Shown here piece after piece: positions 1-10,500 of a stretch of 40,593 bases of DNA; position 1 is the stretch's first letter, and each line of letters starts with the position of its first letter. Source of the DNA: Spirochaetaceae bacterium. Lineage in GTDB: Bacteria > Spirochaetota > Spirochaetia > Treponematales > Breznakiellaceae. The position numbers were made by a program, and so were the translations under genes. The notes under the pieces were generated by a model. It worked only from the letters and a program-made list of their open reading frames with translations, did not search any database and was not told where the DNA came from. Location of the stretch: positions 1 through 40,593 of the forward strand of contig JAITBE010000130.1 in NCBI GenBank assembly GCA_031283755.1. Reading direction: 5' to 3'.

Positions 1-7
1 TTTTGGG

Positions 8-1102
8 CTACCCCATGCAGGTCCCCACCGCCAGGGCGGTGTCGATCATGTAGTGATCCTCCGGGACGTATTTGACCTTGCCCGCGGGGATGCTTAAATC
101 AATGGAGCCGACCTCGTTGCCCAAAAGGGCGGCCATCCTGCCGTATTTTCCCCGGGCCAGAAGCTCCGCGGCGGCGGTCCCCAGGCTCGTGGCCAGGACC
201 CGGTCCGAGGCGCTGGGGATCCCTCCCCGCTGGACATATCCCAGCACCGTGGCCCTGGTTTCCATCCTCGTCTCCGCCTCAATCTCCCGGGCGACCTTAT
301 AAGCCAGGGAAGGAGTTTGTTCCCGGTATTTTTTCCGTTCCTTTTTATCCATCTTCGCCTCCTCCACCGAGAGGGCCCCTTCGGCAGCCACCACAATGGA
401 AAAGCCCCGGCCGCTTTGGAAGCGTTTTTCCAGGTGCCGGCCTATGGCCTTGATATCATAGGGTTTTTCCGGGATCAGGATCACGTCTCCTCCCCCGGCC
501 ACCCCGGCGTAGAGGGAAAGCCAGCCGGTTTTATGGCCCATAAGCTCAATCACGATGACCCGGTTATGGCTTTGGGCCGTGGAATGAAGCCGGTCAATGG
601 CCTCGGTGGCGATGGAAAGGGCCGAATGGAAACCGAAGGTACGATCCGTACCGACGATGTCGTTGTCTATGGTTTTGGGAAGGCCGATGATATTAAGCCC
701 CTCCTTGGCCAAGAGGTAACCGGTGGTATTGGTCCCGTTTCCCCCCAGGACTACGAGGCAATCCAGGTTGAATTTGCGGTAATTTTCTTTGATGGCCTCC
801 ACCTTATCCGCCCCCAGATCATTGTCGTACTCCCCGAGTCTGGATTTAAAGGGTTTTTCCCGGCTTGTCCCCAAAATGGTTCCCCCCCGGGTAAGGATTC
901 CGGAAAAATCCCAGGGGGTCAGGAACCGGGCGTCCCCCTCGATAAGGCCCCGGTACCCGTTGGCAATCCCCAGGACATTCATATGGTACCGGTCATAGGC
1001 CGCCCGGCATACCCCGCGGATAGCGGCATTTAACCCCGGACAATCTCCGCCGCTGGTTAGAATGCCGAAGGTTTTCGTAAGGCTGTTCTCAACACTTCCC
1101 AT
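8..1102 (-). CDS. pfkA: 6-phosphofructokinase (PfkA family)
   Basis: Motifs TSGGDCPGLNA, GGTILGTSR, LGGNGT, PKTIDND, ELMGH, LGYVQRGG. ATG at 1102 preferred over the ORF-track start at 1120. Confidence 0.93.
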   Translation of the reverse strand: MGSVENSLTKTFGILTSGGDCPGLNAAIRGVCRAAYDRYHMNVLGIANGYRGLIEGDARFLTPWDFSGILTRGGTILGTSREKPFKSRLGEYDNDLGADKVEAIKENYRKFNLDCLVVLGGNGTNTTGYLLAKEGLNIIGLPKTIDNDIVGTDRTFGFHSALSIATEAIDRLHSTAQSHNRVIVIELMGHKTGWLSLYAGVAGGGDVILIPEKPYDIKAIGRHLEKRFQSGRGFSIVVAAEGALSVEEAKMDKKERKKYREQTPSLAYKVAREIEAETRMETRATVLGYVQRGGIPSASDRVLATSLGTAAAELLARGKYGRMAALLGNEVGSIDLSIPAGKVKYVPEDHYMIDTALAVGTCMG

Positions 1103-1167
1103 ATTATATAGTATAATCACGCTGACGGTACTGTACTAGTCTTGGGATGTGGAGTAAAGTTTTTTAT

Positions 1168-3312
1168 ATGAAAAGGCTTTTCCAAGGAATTACGTTCTTT
1201 TTTATCCTTTTCTGGGGTTATGGCCCCTCTGCCTTGGCCCAGACCTTGCCGGCGGGCAGTTCCATGCTTATCGGGACCGGCAAGGGCTTGTACAGTTTGA
1301 CCTCCCGCGGAAATGTGATCCCCCTCAGGACCGAAGCAGGGGCGCGGAAAATTATATGGACCGGATTTTTTTGGGCCACCCTGGGGGAGCAGGGGATCCT
1401 GGTTTCTCAGGACCTGCGGAACTGGGAGGCCAGGAATGAGGGGCTTCCGGTAAAAACCATCAAGGTATACGAAGGGGGACAAAAATCCTTTATCCCCCTG
1501 ATCCAGGAAATAAAGGATTTGGAATATAACCCGGGGAACCCCGATATTATGGTCTGCGCCACCAAGGATATGGTTTTCCTTACCAGAAACGGGGGGCGCC
1601 GCTGGGAGAGTTTGGGGGCGCCCCCCTATCGATCCAACGGAATTAAGGCGGTGGCGGTGGCGGAACTTCCGGAGCTTACGGTGTTTCTTTCCCATAGTAT
1701 TTACGGTATTTATTATATTACCCCCGGCAAAACCGGAGCCCAGTGGACGGAATTAAACGCGGGGCTTGCGAAAATGGAAACCACCAATAACCCCGATGAA
1801 GTTTCGGATGTCGCCGTGGTTTTCCCGGAGGATGAATCATCCCCCTGGACGGTTTATGTTTCCCAGACCTTCCGCCGCCGGATATACCGCCTGAATTGGG
1901 CGGAGAAACGTTTCCTCCTCCTCTGGTCGGACCCCGCGGAAGAGGGCGCCGTAGATTCCCTTTCCGCCGGGAAAAAGGCCCTCCGGTTTATTCGGGACGG
2001 GGCCGTCATGGAAATCCTCCCGCAGGATCCCTCCCAAGGGGAAAGACAGATGACGGATATTACGGGGATCATCCGGAACCTCCCCCGGAGCACCGGTATT
2101 AAGCCCGATTGTCTTTTTATGGATAATCCCGGTGGTGAGCCTATTAATCTTTCGGAACTTTGGCTTTTAGACGGGTCCGACGGAAACAACGGCGCTTATG
2201 CCTATACCGCATCGGCCAAGGAAGGGATCTACCTGCCGGTAAATCATACCATGGACGCAAAAAGCCTTACCCCCTACCTGGAGTTGATGGAAAACCGCGG
2301 GCTTAACATGGCGGTGGTGGATATGAAGGATGATTGGGGGCGTCTCCGTTTTACCCCCCGCAACCCGGCGATTACCGAAAAGGGCCGGGTTTTCAGGCCC
2401 GTGGATATCGACCAATTTCTTAAAACCATGAAGGAGCGGGGAATCTATACGGTTGCCCGGATCGTGGTTTTTAAGGATCCGGAACTCGCCGGAAAGGGGG
2501 GCGGGAAATACGCGGTTTGGGATTCCCAAACCAACCGGCCCTGGATCGGTTATTATGACCGGCGGCAGCGAAAACCCCCTCCCGGCCAGGCCCCGGCGGC
2601 AAACCAGGACCCCCTGGTACAGATCCTTCCCGCGGATGATCCTGCCTATGAGATTGTCCGAACCTTTTACGACGAACGCTGGGTGGATCCCTATTCCGAA
2701 GAAGTCTGGGAATATACCGCCGCCGTCTCCCAGGAGCTTCATGAGCGGGGGTTTGATGAGATTCAGTTTGATTATATCCGGTTTCCCACCGATGGGGTTA
2801 ACCTCAGCAACGCCCGCTACCGTTGGCGGGAACAGGGGATGGATATGGAAAGCGCGATCCTATCCTTTCTCCGCCATGTCCGGTCCCGGATCAACGCCCC
2901 TATTTCCATTGATATTTACGGCGCCAACGGCTGGTACCGGACCGGGGCCAGAACCGGACAGGAAGTGGAACTTTTGGCTCCCTACGTGGATGTGATCTGT
3001 CCCATGTATTACCCCAGTCATTTTGAGCAGGATTTTCTCGCCCAGGCCCCGGCGGAACTTCGCCCCTACCGGATCTACTACCAGGGTGTCAGAAGAACCG
3101 CCCGCATAGCCCGGAACAAAATTGTGGTACGGCCCTATGTTCAGGCTTTTTTCCTTAACGTCGCCTATGATCGTACCTACTATAACGCCGATTATGTCCG
3201 CCGGGAAATAGAGGGGGTCCGGGCCGCGGGGAATTCCGGTTTTACCTATTGGAACAATTCCGGCCGTTACGACGACATCCCCCTTCCCGGTTCCGGGGAT
3301 GCGGAGTCCTAA
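1168..3312 (+). CDS. Exported putative glycoside hydrolase (DUF4015-like TIM barrel) with N-terminal beta-rich region
   Basis: Signal peptide MKRLFQGITFFFILFWGYGPSALA. C-terminal motifs VVDMKDDWG, ARIVVFKD, WVDPYS, GFDEIQFDYIRFP, DVICPMYYPSH. Start 1168 or 1147. Confidence 0.72.
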   Translation: MKRLFQGITFFFILFWGYGPSALAQTLPAGSSMLIGTGKGLYSLTSRGNVIPLRTEAGARKIIWTGFFWATLGEQGILVSQDLRNWEARNEGLPVKTIKVYEGGQKSFIPLIQEIKDLEYNPGNPDIMVCATKDMVFLTRNGGRRWESLGAPPYRSNGIKAVAVAELPELTVFLSHSIYGIYYITPGKTGAQWTELNAGLAKMETTNNPDEVSDVAVVFPEDESSPWTVYVSQTFRRRIYRLNWAEKRFLLLWSDPAEEGAVDSLSAGKKALRFIRDGAVMEILPQDPSQGERQMTDITGIIRNLPRSTGIKPDCLFMDNPGGEPINLSELWLLDGSDGNNGAYAYTASAKEGIYLPVNHTMDAKSLTPYLELMENRGLNMAVVDMKDDWGRLRFTPRNPAITEKGRVFRPVDIDQFLKTMKERGIYTVARIVVFKDPELAGKGGGKYAVWDSQTNRPWIGYYDRRQRKPPPGQAPAANQDPLVQILPADDPAYEIVRTFYDERWVDPYSEEVWEYTAAVSQELHERGFDEIQFDYIRFPTDGVNLSNARYRWREQGMDMESAILSFLRHVRSRINAPISIDIYGANGWYRTGARTGQEVELLAPYVDVICPMYYPSHFEQDFLAQAPAELRPYRIYYQGVRRTARIARNKIVVRPYVQAFFLNVAYDRTYYNADYVRREIEGVRAAGNSGFTYWNNSGRYDDIPLPGSGDAES

Positions 3313-4541
3313 ACCTCGCCGGCCAAAAAGGCTGCATCTGAATCCATCATGGGTTTACCGTAGATATATTCAAAAAGAAACCGCACATCCTCCGGGGCCA
3401 TATCCAGGAAACGGCAGCCGAAATAGCCCATGGAATTATCTTTATATTGCCGGACTATCTTGGCATTGGCCTGGATGGTCCGGTTGGGGACGGCCAGTTT
3501 GATCGCCAATTCACTGTCCGGCAGCAGGGAAGCGGCAAGGTGTGAATGGGGATAAGCAAAAAGCAAACCCGACGCGCTGATATCAATAACCTTACCGTCA
3601 ATGATCCTGTTGTTTAACTTTCCCGACTCAAAATATCCGTTTAGTTTTAAAGAAAAGGCAAAAACACTGGTAAATTGATACAGGGTCGTTACGGTTAAAA
3701 AATTAAAGGGAGGCATTCCTTCGTTATTAATCCAGGCGTGAACATACCCAATTACATATTCCTGGAAAAGTATAGGAATCCAGATGTCGGAAAGGATCCC
3801 CGCCTCGAATTTTTCTTTGATAAACCGGTCAAGAGCCTCGGTCAGATGGTTTTCTTCTACCCCGGTACTTTCCAGATAGCGAAGGAACATCTCCTCGGTG
3901 ATAAGTCTTTTTTTGGGGTAGGGATCGGTTTGGGGCAGTTCGGCCAGGGTTGAAGGGAGAAAAAGCGCCTTTCCGGTTTCGGCGAGGATCCGTTCCTCGA
4001 TGGCGGAGGGTTTTACATCCTTAAAAATGACCAGTTTATATCCGTTGGCGATTTTCTTAATCCATTGGGCCAATTGCGCAACAAGCCCGGAGAAGTTTTT
4101 AATATCCATCCGCTGTATAAAATCGCTCAAGCCCTCCGGTTCATATTCGGATATCTTGGGATAACTGAGGGCGTACCGGTCTCCCAAAAAATTGAGCTGG
4201 ATCTTAAGGTCCTGGGGGGTGCTGACCCGGAAGTAGGATCGGGCCAAATTTTTGAAGAGAGATTCCGGTACATCGGTGATGATGATATTATCCTTAAGGG
4301 CATTTACTCTAACGGAAAAACTCATGAACCGGCCCCGGTAATCAAACATAAGGTCCATCTTTTTTTTAGGTCTAATCCCTTCCACGGGATGATCCGATTT
4401 AAGATAAATTTCATCTTTAATAGGCCGGTTAACGGTAAAGATATATTCCGTGCGGTTATACAAATATCTAATCGGTAACTTTTCATCGTAGATAGTCTTG
4501 AGAAGAAAGTCCTTTTCGATACGTTTAATAGGCGTCGCCAT
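3309..4541 (-). CDS. PilZ-domain (DUF1577-like) c-di-GMP receptor candidate
   Basis: RxxxR (RSYFR, aa 101-105), DxSxxG (DISASG, aa 320-325) and a C-terminal PilZ barrel ending YFGCRFLDM. Confidence 0.75.
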   Translation of the reverse strand: MATPIKRIEKDFLLKTIYDEKLPIRYLYNRTEYIFTVNRPIKDEIYLKSDHPVEGIRPKKKMDLMFDYRGRFMSFSVRVNALKDNIIITDVPESLFKNLARSYFRVSTPQDLKIQLNFLGDRYALSYPKISEYEPEGLSDFIQRMDIKNFSGLVAQLAQWIKKIANGYKLVIFKDVKPSAIEERILAETGKALFLPSTLAELPQTDPYPKKRLITEEMFLRYLESTGVEENHLTEALDRFIKEKFEAGILSDIWIPILFQEYVIGYVHAWINNEGMPPFNFLTVTTLYQFTSVFAFSLKLNGYFESGKLNNRIIDGKVIDISASGLLFAYPHSHLAASLLPDSELAIKLAVPNRTIQANAKIVRQYKDNSMGYFGCRFLDMAPEDVRFLFEYIYGKPMMDSDAAFLAGEV

Positions 4542-4549
4542 ATTCCACC

Positions 4550-5125
4550 TTAAAAAAAACGTTCATAGGGAGAAAAATCGTATTTGTACGGTTCTTCCCC
4601 TTCCCCTATATTTTTTATCTTTTCTAATATAATCTCTTCAAGATACCAGTTGTTATTTTCTTTTCGAAGGTATAATTCTCCGGCTATTCCCTGGGTGTTA
4701 CCGATAAACCGGAACAGAAAAGAGGTGCTTCCATCGGGTTCTTCTTTGCCTCCGCCCAGGTGGTATTTACGAGGGTTGACTTGGTTAAGGGTTCCGAAAA
4801 AATCATCCCAAAAAGCGCTTCCCAGGGGAACAAGCAGCCGGGAATTTCTGTTTTTGTAAAGCAGGGCTACCATAAGACTCCGGGCAAAGACATAGGCATC
4901 CTCCGATGCCTGACCCCGGCCCAATTCACCGATAAGTACATCTTGAGGATGGCGGAGGGCTTCTCCCCGCTGGGGCCGTAACAAAACAGGAGGGATCGTT
5001 CCGTTGCCGGGATTGTCTGCCGGCGAAATTATATCGCTGTTTTGGGAAAACAAAAAGGCTGGTCCCCTGAAACATAAAGATCCCCCTATAAGAAGACCCA
5101 TGAACGCAACCATTTGTCTTTTCAT
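4550..5125 (-). CDS. Hypothetical exported protein
   Basis: Long ORF co-oriented with and 8 bp upstream of the PilZ gene. Hydrophobic N-terminus from MKRQMVAF (start 5125; ORF track 5155). Confidence 0.65.
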   Translation of the reverse strand: MKRQMVAFMGLLIGGSLCFRGPAFLFSQNSDIISPADNPGNGTIPPVLLRPQRGEALRHPQDVLIGELGRGQASEDAYVFARSLMVALLYKNRNSRLLVPLGSAFWDDFFGTLNQVNPRKYHLGGGKEEPDGSTSFLFRFIGNTQGIAGELYLRKENNNWYLEEIILEKIKNIGEGEEPYKYDFSPYERFF

Positions 5126-5220
5126 ATAATTAAATGTACTATATTTATAGGCCAAAGGTCAAAGGGTATGTGGACAGGAACAGCCGGAACTATTACTGTT
5201 TCGGTAAAGGAAGAATAACC

Positions 5221-6501
5221 ATGGGGAATGACATTTACACCGCCCTTCGGGAGGGGTTTACCGACCCCATTCGGGATGTGCTTTGGGGCCATATTTATCT
5301 TACCCCCCAATTGGCGGCCCTGACCAAGTCCGCCCCGTTTATGCGGCTCTTCCGGATCTTTCAATTGGGTCCCGCCTATGGTACCTATCCCGGCGCCACC
5401 CATACCCGGGCGGCCCATTCCATTGGGGTGTATCATCTGGCCAGACGGCTCCTTCTCAACCTGGCCGAACGGGGCGCCGGCCGGTGGCTTAGTTTTACCG
5501 GGGGCCGATCCTTCCTCTGCGCCGCCCTGCTCCACGATCTGGGCCATTTTCCCTACGCCCATTCCCTCAAGGAACTGCCCCTGGCTTCCCATGAGGAATT
5601 AACCGGTAAAATCATCCTGTCGGAGCCGGTAAAAAGTCTGGTTGCCGACGCCGGGGGAGACCCCTATTTGACCGCCGCCATTGTGGATACCAAATTATCG
5701 GGGTATGAAGAAAAGGAATTGTTTTTTTACCGGAAATTGCTTTCCGGGGCCTTGGATCCGGATAAACTTGATTATTTGAACCGGGACGCCCGGTATTGCG
5801 GAGTACCCTATGGGGCTCAGGATGTGGATTTTATTTTCAGCCGGCTTCATCCCCAGATGGAGCGGGGTTTTGATATTGATTCCCGGGGAATTCCCAGCGT
5901 GGAATCGATCCTTTTTTCAAAGTACCTGATGTACCGGTCGGTTTATTGGCACCGGTCGGTTCGATCCGCCACGGCGATGATTAAAAAGGCCCTTATGGCC
6001 GGTCTTAACGCGGAGGTCATTGCCCGGGAGGAGCTTTACAACCTGGACGATCAGGGCTTATTCACCCTGATGGCTGGCCGTCCCCTGCCTCTTTTTTCGC
6101 TGGCGGAAAAAGTCCGGAACGGCTATCTTTACGGGACGGTGGCGGAATTCCCCTTTGATGAGCCGGTTCACCGGAGTTTATTGGATATTCAGCGCCGTTA
6201 TTACCATGAACAGGCCCTTGCCCGGGAATTTTCGGAACTTATCGGAAGACCGGTACGCCCGGAGGAGCTTATTATTGATTTACCCGAGCCGGTTTCTTTT
6301 GAAACCGGACTTTATGTAAACGACGAGGAACGCTATTTTTCCGAAAGTTCCAGTGTTTTTAAGACCCAGGGAGTGGACGGGTTTATAAAAACCTTAAGAA
6401 TTATCCGAATTTTTGTGGATCCGGGGTATGAAAATGACATAAAATTCTCCATGAAGCTTTTTGACATATTGCATAAAAGGGAAAAATGGTTACAGTTATA
6501 A
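5221..6501 (+). CDS. HD-domain phosphohydrolase, dNTP triphosphohydrolase (SAMHD1/COG1078-like) family
   Basis: IRDVLWGHI, RLFRIFQLG, YPGATHTRAAHSIG, ALLHDLGHFPYAH, DPDKLDYLNRD. SD-like AAGGA before ATG 5221. Confidence 0.85.
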   Translation: MGNDIYTALREGFTDPIRDVLWGHIYLTPQLAALTKSAPFMRLFRIFQLGPAYGTYPGATHTRAAHSIGVYHLARRLLLNLAERGAGRWLSFTGGRSFLCAALLHDLGHFPYAHSLKELPLASHEELTGKIILSEPVKSLVADAGGDPYLTAAIVDTKLSGYEEKELFFYRKLLSGALDPDKLDYLNRDARYCGVPYGAQDVDFIFSRLHPQMERGFDIDSRGIPSVESILFSKYLMYRSVYWHRSVRSATAMIKKALMAGLNAEVIAREELYNLDDQGLFTLMAGRPLPLFSLAEKVRNGYLYGTVAEFPFDEPVHRSLLDIQRRYYHEQALAREFSELIGRPVRPEELIIDLPEPVSFETGLYVNDEERYFSESSSVFKTQGVDGFIKTLRIIRIFVDPGYENDIKFSMKLFDILHKREKWLQL

Positions 6502-6514
6502 GGTGAGGTAATCT

Positions 6515-7237
6515 ATGGATGTACATAATACTATTGAGGACATTGTTTTTCGGGCAATCGATGAGATTTTTGATGCGATTGATAAGGGGGACAATCCCCA
6601 TAAACTTTGCACCTGTAATCAGTGCCGCCTTGACACGGCTTGTTTTGTATTGAATCGTGCCAATCCTTATTACATCATATCAAACCGCGGAGTTGCCCGG
6701 GTTGAGCAGGAACCCATAGAACGGCAGCAATTGGAAGCGGATATTGTTACGTTAATCCACGAGGGAATCCGGCGGGTAAGCCATAATCAAAGGCCCTATT
6801 CCAGCCACCTGGAGCATACCGGTGCCGATGATGAGCCGTCAGGCCGGCCCGTATTTAATATACCAACCATCATCGGGCGTTTATTTAACGGGATAAATTT
6901 TGAACCCCTGGCGGATATTGTGGTAGTACTCTACGAGGAGGGGCTGCTGGTAAAAATGAAGGATAAAAACTGGCAAAATCCCTATACCCTGGTAAGAAAC
7001 ACGAAAGGAACCTTTACATTTTGGCCCGATTCTGTCCCGGCGGAAAAGGAGAATATACGCCGGATCTTTCAATATGCTATTAAGGTTGAAGTTCCGGGGA
7101 TGGAGCCGCTGCATCATTTTTTTCAGATCCCGGTTACCAGCGAATCAAAATACGTCCGCTCCTTTTCTATAAACAGGACTTTTAAGATCCAGGACCTTTA
7201 TATGTTTCCCTTAGGAAGCGATGAGGGGAACGATTAG
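6515..7237 (+). CDS. ComFB-family protein with C-terminal extra domain
   Basis: N-terminal HNTIEDIV...CTCNQCRLDTACFVLNRANPYY matches the ComFB pattern. SD GAGG upstream. Confidence 0.8.
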   Translation: MDVHNTIEDIVFRAIDEIFDAIDKGDNPHKLCTCNQCRLDTACFVLNRANPYYIISNRGVARVEQEPIERQQLEADIVTLIHEGIRRVSHNQRPYSSHLEHTGADDEPSGRPVFNIPTIIGRLFNGINFEPLADIVVVLYEEGLLVKMKDKNWQNPYTLVRNTKGTFTFWPDSVPAEKENIRRIFQYAIKVEVPGMEPLHHFFQIPVTSESKYVRSFSINRTFKIQDLYMFPLGSDEGND

Positions 7238-7316
7238 GCGCTCTGCCATATACCGGTTTCAAAGAAGACCGGTAAAGCCCCGCCGGGTTATGCCCGAAGG
7301 CGGCGCTCCGCGGGAA

Positions 7317-7345
7317 TTGATCATCCTGCCTGTTTTTTGTATGAT
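7317..7345 (+). promoter_or_regulatory. sigma70-type promoter of tRNA-Pro
   Basis: TTGATC-17 nt-TATGAT, ending 26 nt upstream of the tRNA. Confidence 0.6.
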
Positions 7346-7371
7346 ACCCCGATAGGCGTGAGCCGTTTTTT

Positions 7372-7444
7372 CGGGATGTAGCCTAGGGGCTAAGGCGCTT
7401 GCTTTGGGAGCAAGAGATCGGCGGTTCAAATCCGCCCGTCCCGA
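7372..7444 (+). tRNA. tRNA-Pro (anticodon TGG), CCA not encoded
   Basis: Acceptor CGGGATG/CGTCCCG, D stem GCCT/AGGC, anticodon arm CTTGC-TTTGGGA-GCAAG, T arm GGCGG-TTCAAAT-CCGCC. Confidence 0.97.
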
Positions 7445-7501
7445 ATAGGGTAAAGTTTAAAGATCGCCATAGCTGGCGGAGCAGGAGATTTCCCGGTACA
7501 A

Positions 7502-7546
7502 AACAGACTTGTTCGACAACCCGGTTGGGTGTCGAACAAGTTCCGC
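7502..7546. repeat. Palindromic intergenic repeat, family B
   Basis: ACTTGTTCGACA (7507-7518) pairs perfectly with TGTCGAACAAGT (7530-7541). Flanks AACAG and TTCCGC are shared with 13621-13662. Confidence 0.75.
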
Positions 7547-7590
7547 GATTTGGGGGACCATTTCCTGTCCCGGCCATTGATATGCGGGTC

Positions 7591-10500
7591 CTACCGTCCC
7601 GGCCCCAGCAGGTGTTTTTTTAATTTGCTCAACAGTTCGTCGGTATCTATGGGTTTTCCCAGATGATCGTTCATCCCCGCGGCAAAACATTTTTCGATAT
7701 CTTCCCGGAATACATTGGCGGTCATGGCCATGATGGGAATGGTTTTTGCCTCTTTTACCTCCAGAGCCCGGATCTGCCGGGTGGCCTCAAATCCATCCAT
7801 TTCGGGCATGTGGATATCCATCAGAATCAGCTGGTACTTGGCGGGGGCTTCTTTAAACATTGAAAGCGCCTCAATCCCATTTTCGGCGCAATCGATGGTT
7901 ATTCCGGTGTCCTCCAAAAGGGCCAGCGCAATTTCCCGGTTTATCTCTACATCTTCGGCGAGCAACAGGGTAAAACCCTCAAAGATATGGTCCCCGGAAG
8001 GTTCCGCCGCCGGTTTTTCAGTAACGAATTTTTGTAGATTCAAATGGGAATTGATACAGTCCACTATTTGAGAGGGGAAAAGCGGTTTGGGGATAAAGCT
8101 GTCCACCCCCGCGTTTTTGGCATCATCTTCAATGATGTTCCATTCGGCGCCGGAGATCATGATCACCACGATATTTTTTCCGAATTGCTCTTTGATCTTT
8201 TGGGTTAATTCTATGCCGTTCATCCGGGGCATCCGCCAATCAACAAAAACCAAATCAAAGGGCGGCGTCCCCCCCATCTGGTCGTAACCCGCTTTAATAA
8301 GGTTATACGCATCAATTCCATCGGCGGCGGTGGAACAGTGGAGCCCCATGGATTCGCTGAAATCCTTAAAATATTCCAGTACCTCCGGGGAATCATCCAC
8401 CACCAGGATATGGAGTTTTTCCCAAACTATATGGGACTTGAGCCCTTCACTGGTGTTTTGGGAAGTCCCCTTTTCTACGGTAATCTCAAAGGCAAAGGTA
8501 GCCCCCATGCCTAATTCGGATTTTACCCATATTTCGCCCCCCATAAGTTCTACCAGGCTTTTGGATATGGAAAGTCCCAGCCCGGTTCCCCCATATTTTC
8601 GGGCAATACTGCCGTCGGCTTGCTCGAACAACGAAAAAAGCCGTTTTTGCTGTTCCGGGGATATGCCTATTCCCGTATCGGTTACCTCAAAATACAGGGT
8701 GCAGAACTTATTGTTATTGACAGCGTCTTTCTTTTTTATTGCGAGGGTAATGGTTCCGTTTTCCGGGGTAAATTTTCCCGCGTTGGAGAGCAGATTGGTA
8801 AGAACCTGGGCAAGCCGCTGTTCGTCGGCGATGATAGTTTCCGGCACATCCCGGGCGACCCGGACAATAAAATCCTGCTGCTTTTCATCCAGTTTGAAGT
8901 TCATCACATTGGTGATCCGCTGGAGCATTTTTTCAAAATTGAATTCCGTATAGGATAATTCAAATTTACCCGCCTCAATTTTGGACATATCCAGAATATC
9001 GTTGATTACCCCCAGGAGGTGGCTCGAAGCCTCGTTGATCTTTGAAAGACAATATTCCTTCCGTTCAGGATCATGGGAGGATTGGGCGATGGTGGTCATG
9101 CCGATGATGGCGTTCATGGGGGTACGCATTTCATGGCTCATCCGGGAGAGAAAATTACTTTTCGCGAGGTTGGATTGTTCCGCCTGTTCCTTGGCGGCGA
9201 TAAGATCCCGTTCCAGCTGTCTTTTTTCGGTGATATCTGAGGCTATAACTCCGATACCGTCTCTTTTTGTGTCCGTGGTAAAGGCGGACAGGGATAAAAT
9301 CCTGATTTCTCCGTTTTTCCGGATCAGGGGGATTTCCGCTTGAAAAGCCCCGTGCTGTAAAACATAGGGGATGAATTTTTTGCGGATTTGATCTCCGATA
9401 TGTTTATCGAAAAGAAAATATATGCCCTGGTCTCTAAGTTCATCGGCGCTGTAACCGGCGATACTCAAAACTCCCTGATTAAAATATTCGAACCGCCCCA
9501 AAGGAGTAATATATGATATCCAGAGGGGGGAACTATTCACAATAGAGGACATCCGCACCAGTTGTTCCTCGGTATTATTCCGGATAATCAGGCCGGCAAT
9601 GGCGTTGGCGATAAGTTTGAGGGTCTGGATATCGCTTTCATCCCAGGGGTGTTCGGAAAAATCGTTGTTAATACCCAATATTCCCCAAAATTGACCGTAT
9701 ACAAAGATAGGAACATTGATAAAGGCCTTTATACCCTGGGGGGCGTATACGGCGGCCAGCTTGGGATTTTCGTCTACGTTATTACAGGTCAGATAAACAT
9801 CCCCTTTTGTGATAAAAGTATCGTAAAATATTTCCCCCGGCTCAAAGGGCGAGGACTGTTTCGGGGCATGGGGTAAATTCCGGCCCTCATTGTACCATTC
9901 GTGTTCAAATTCCAGAGTATTGGCAGCGGGATTAAGCCGGAGCAGGACGGTTTTACCGACGTTCATAAACTTACCGATCATCAGGAGGGCGTTATGGAGC
10001 AGGGTAGACTGATTTTCGGAGGAGATAAAAGTCTGGGAAATCGCGGCCATCAGTTCCTGCTGCTGGAGCCGTTTTTTGAGGGTGGCTTCGGCGGCCTTTA
10101 ATTCGCTTATATCCACGCTGTGCTGGAGATGGGCGTATTTATTTTTCCCCCAATCTATAAGGCAGTCGGTGTTTTTATAGTACCGGTTGGTCAAATTATT
10201 GAATACTTCCGACACCTCAACGGTACCGGAATTTTCGGAGAGTTTTTTATTGGGGCAGAAGGGGCAGGGCCCCGTAAAATCCCGGTGAAATACCTTCCAA
10301 CAGGTTTGCTCTATGACCCGGTCATCCAAACCGTAATGGGCCTTCATGGAATCGTTGATAAAAAGGATCTCGTAAGATTCGGGATCGGAAACATAGAGAT
10401 CGGCCCCTATGCTGTTGAGAATACTTTTAAAAACATTGGTAGAAACAGAGGATTGGTTGAGTTTTTCCAGCATATTATTGATAGAGGCGCAGAGGATCTG

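Noticed and set aside
7383-7690. Short ORFs overlapping tRNA-Pro and its trailer
   Set aside because: They overlap a clear tRNA, a palindrome and the kinase 3' end.
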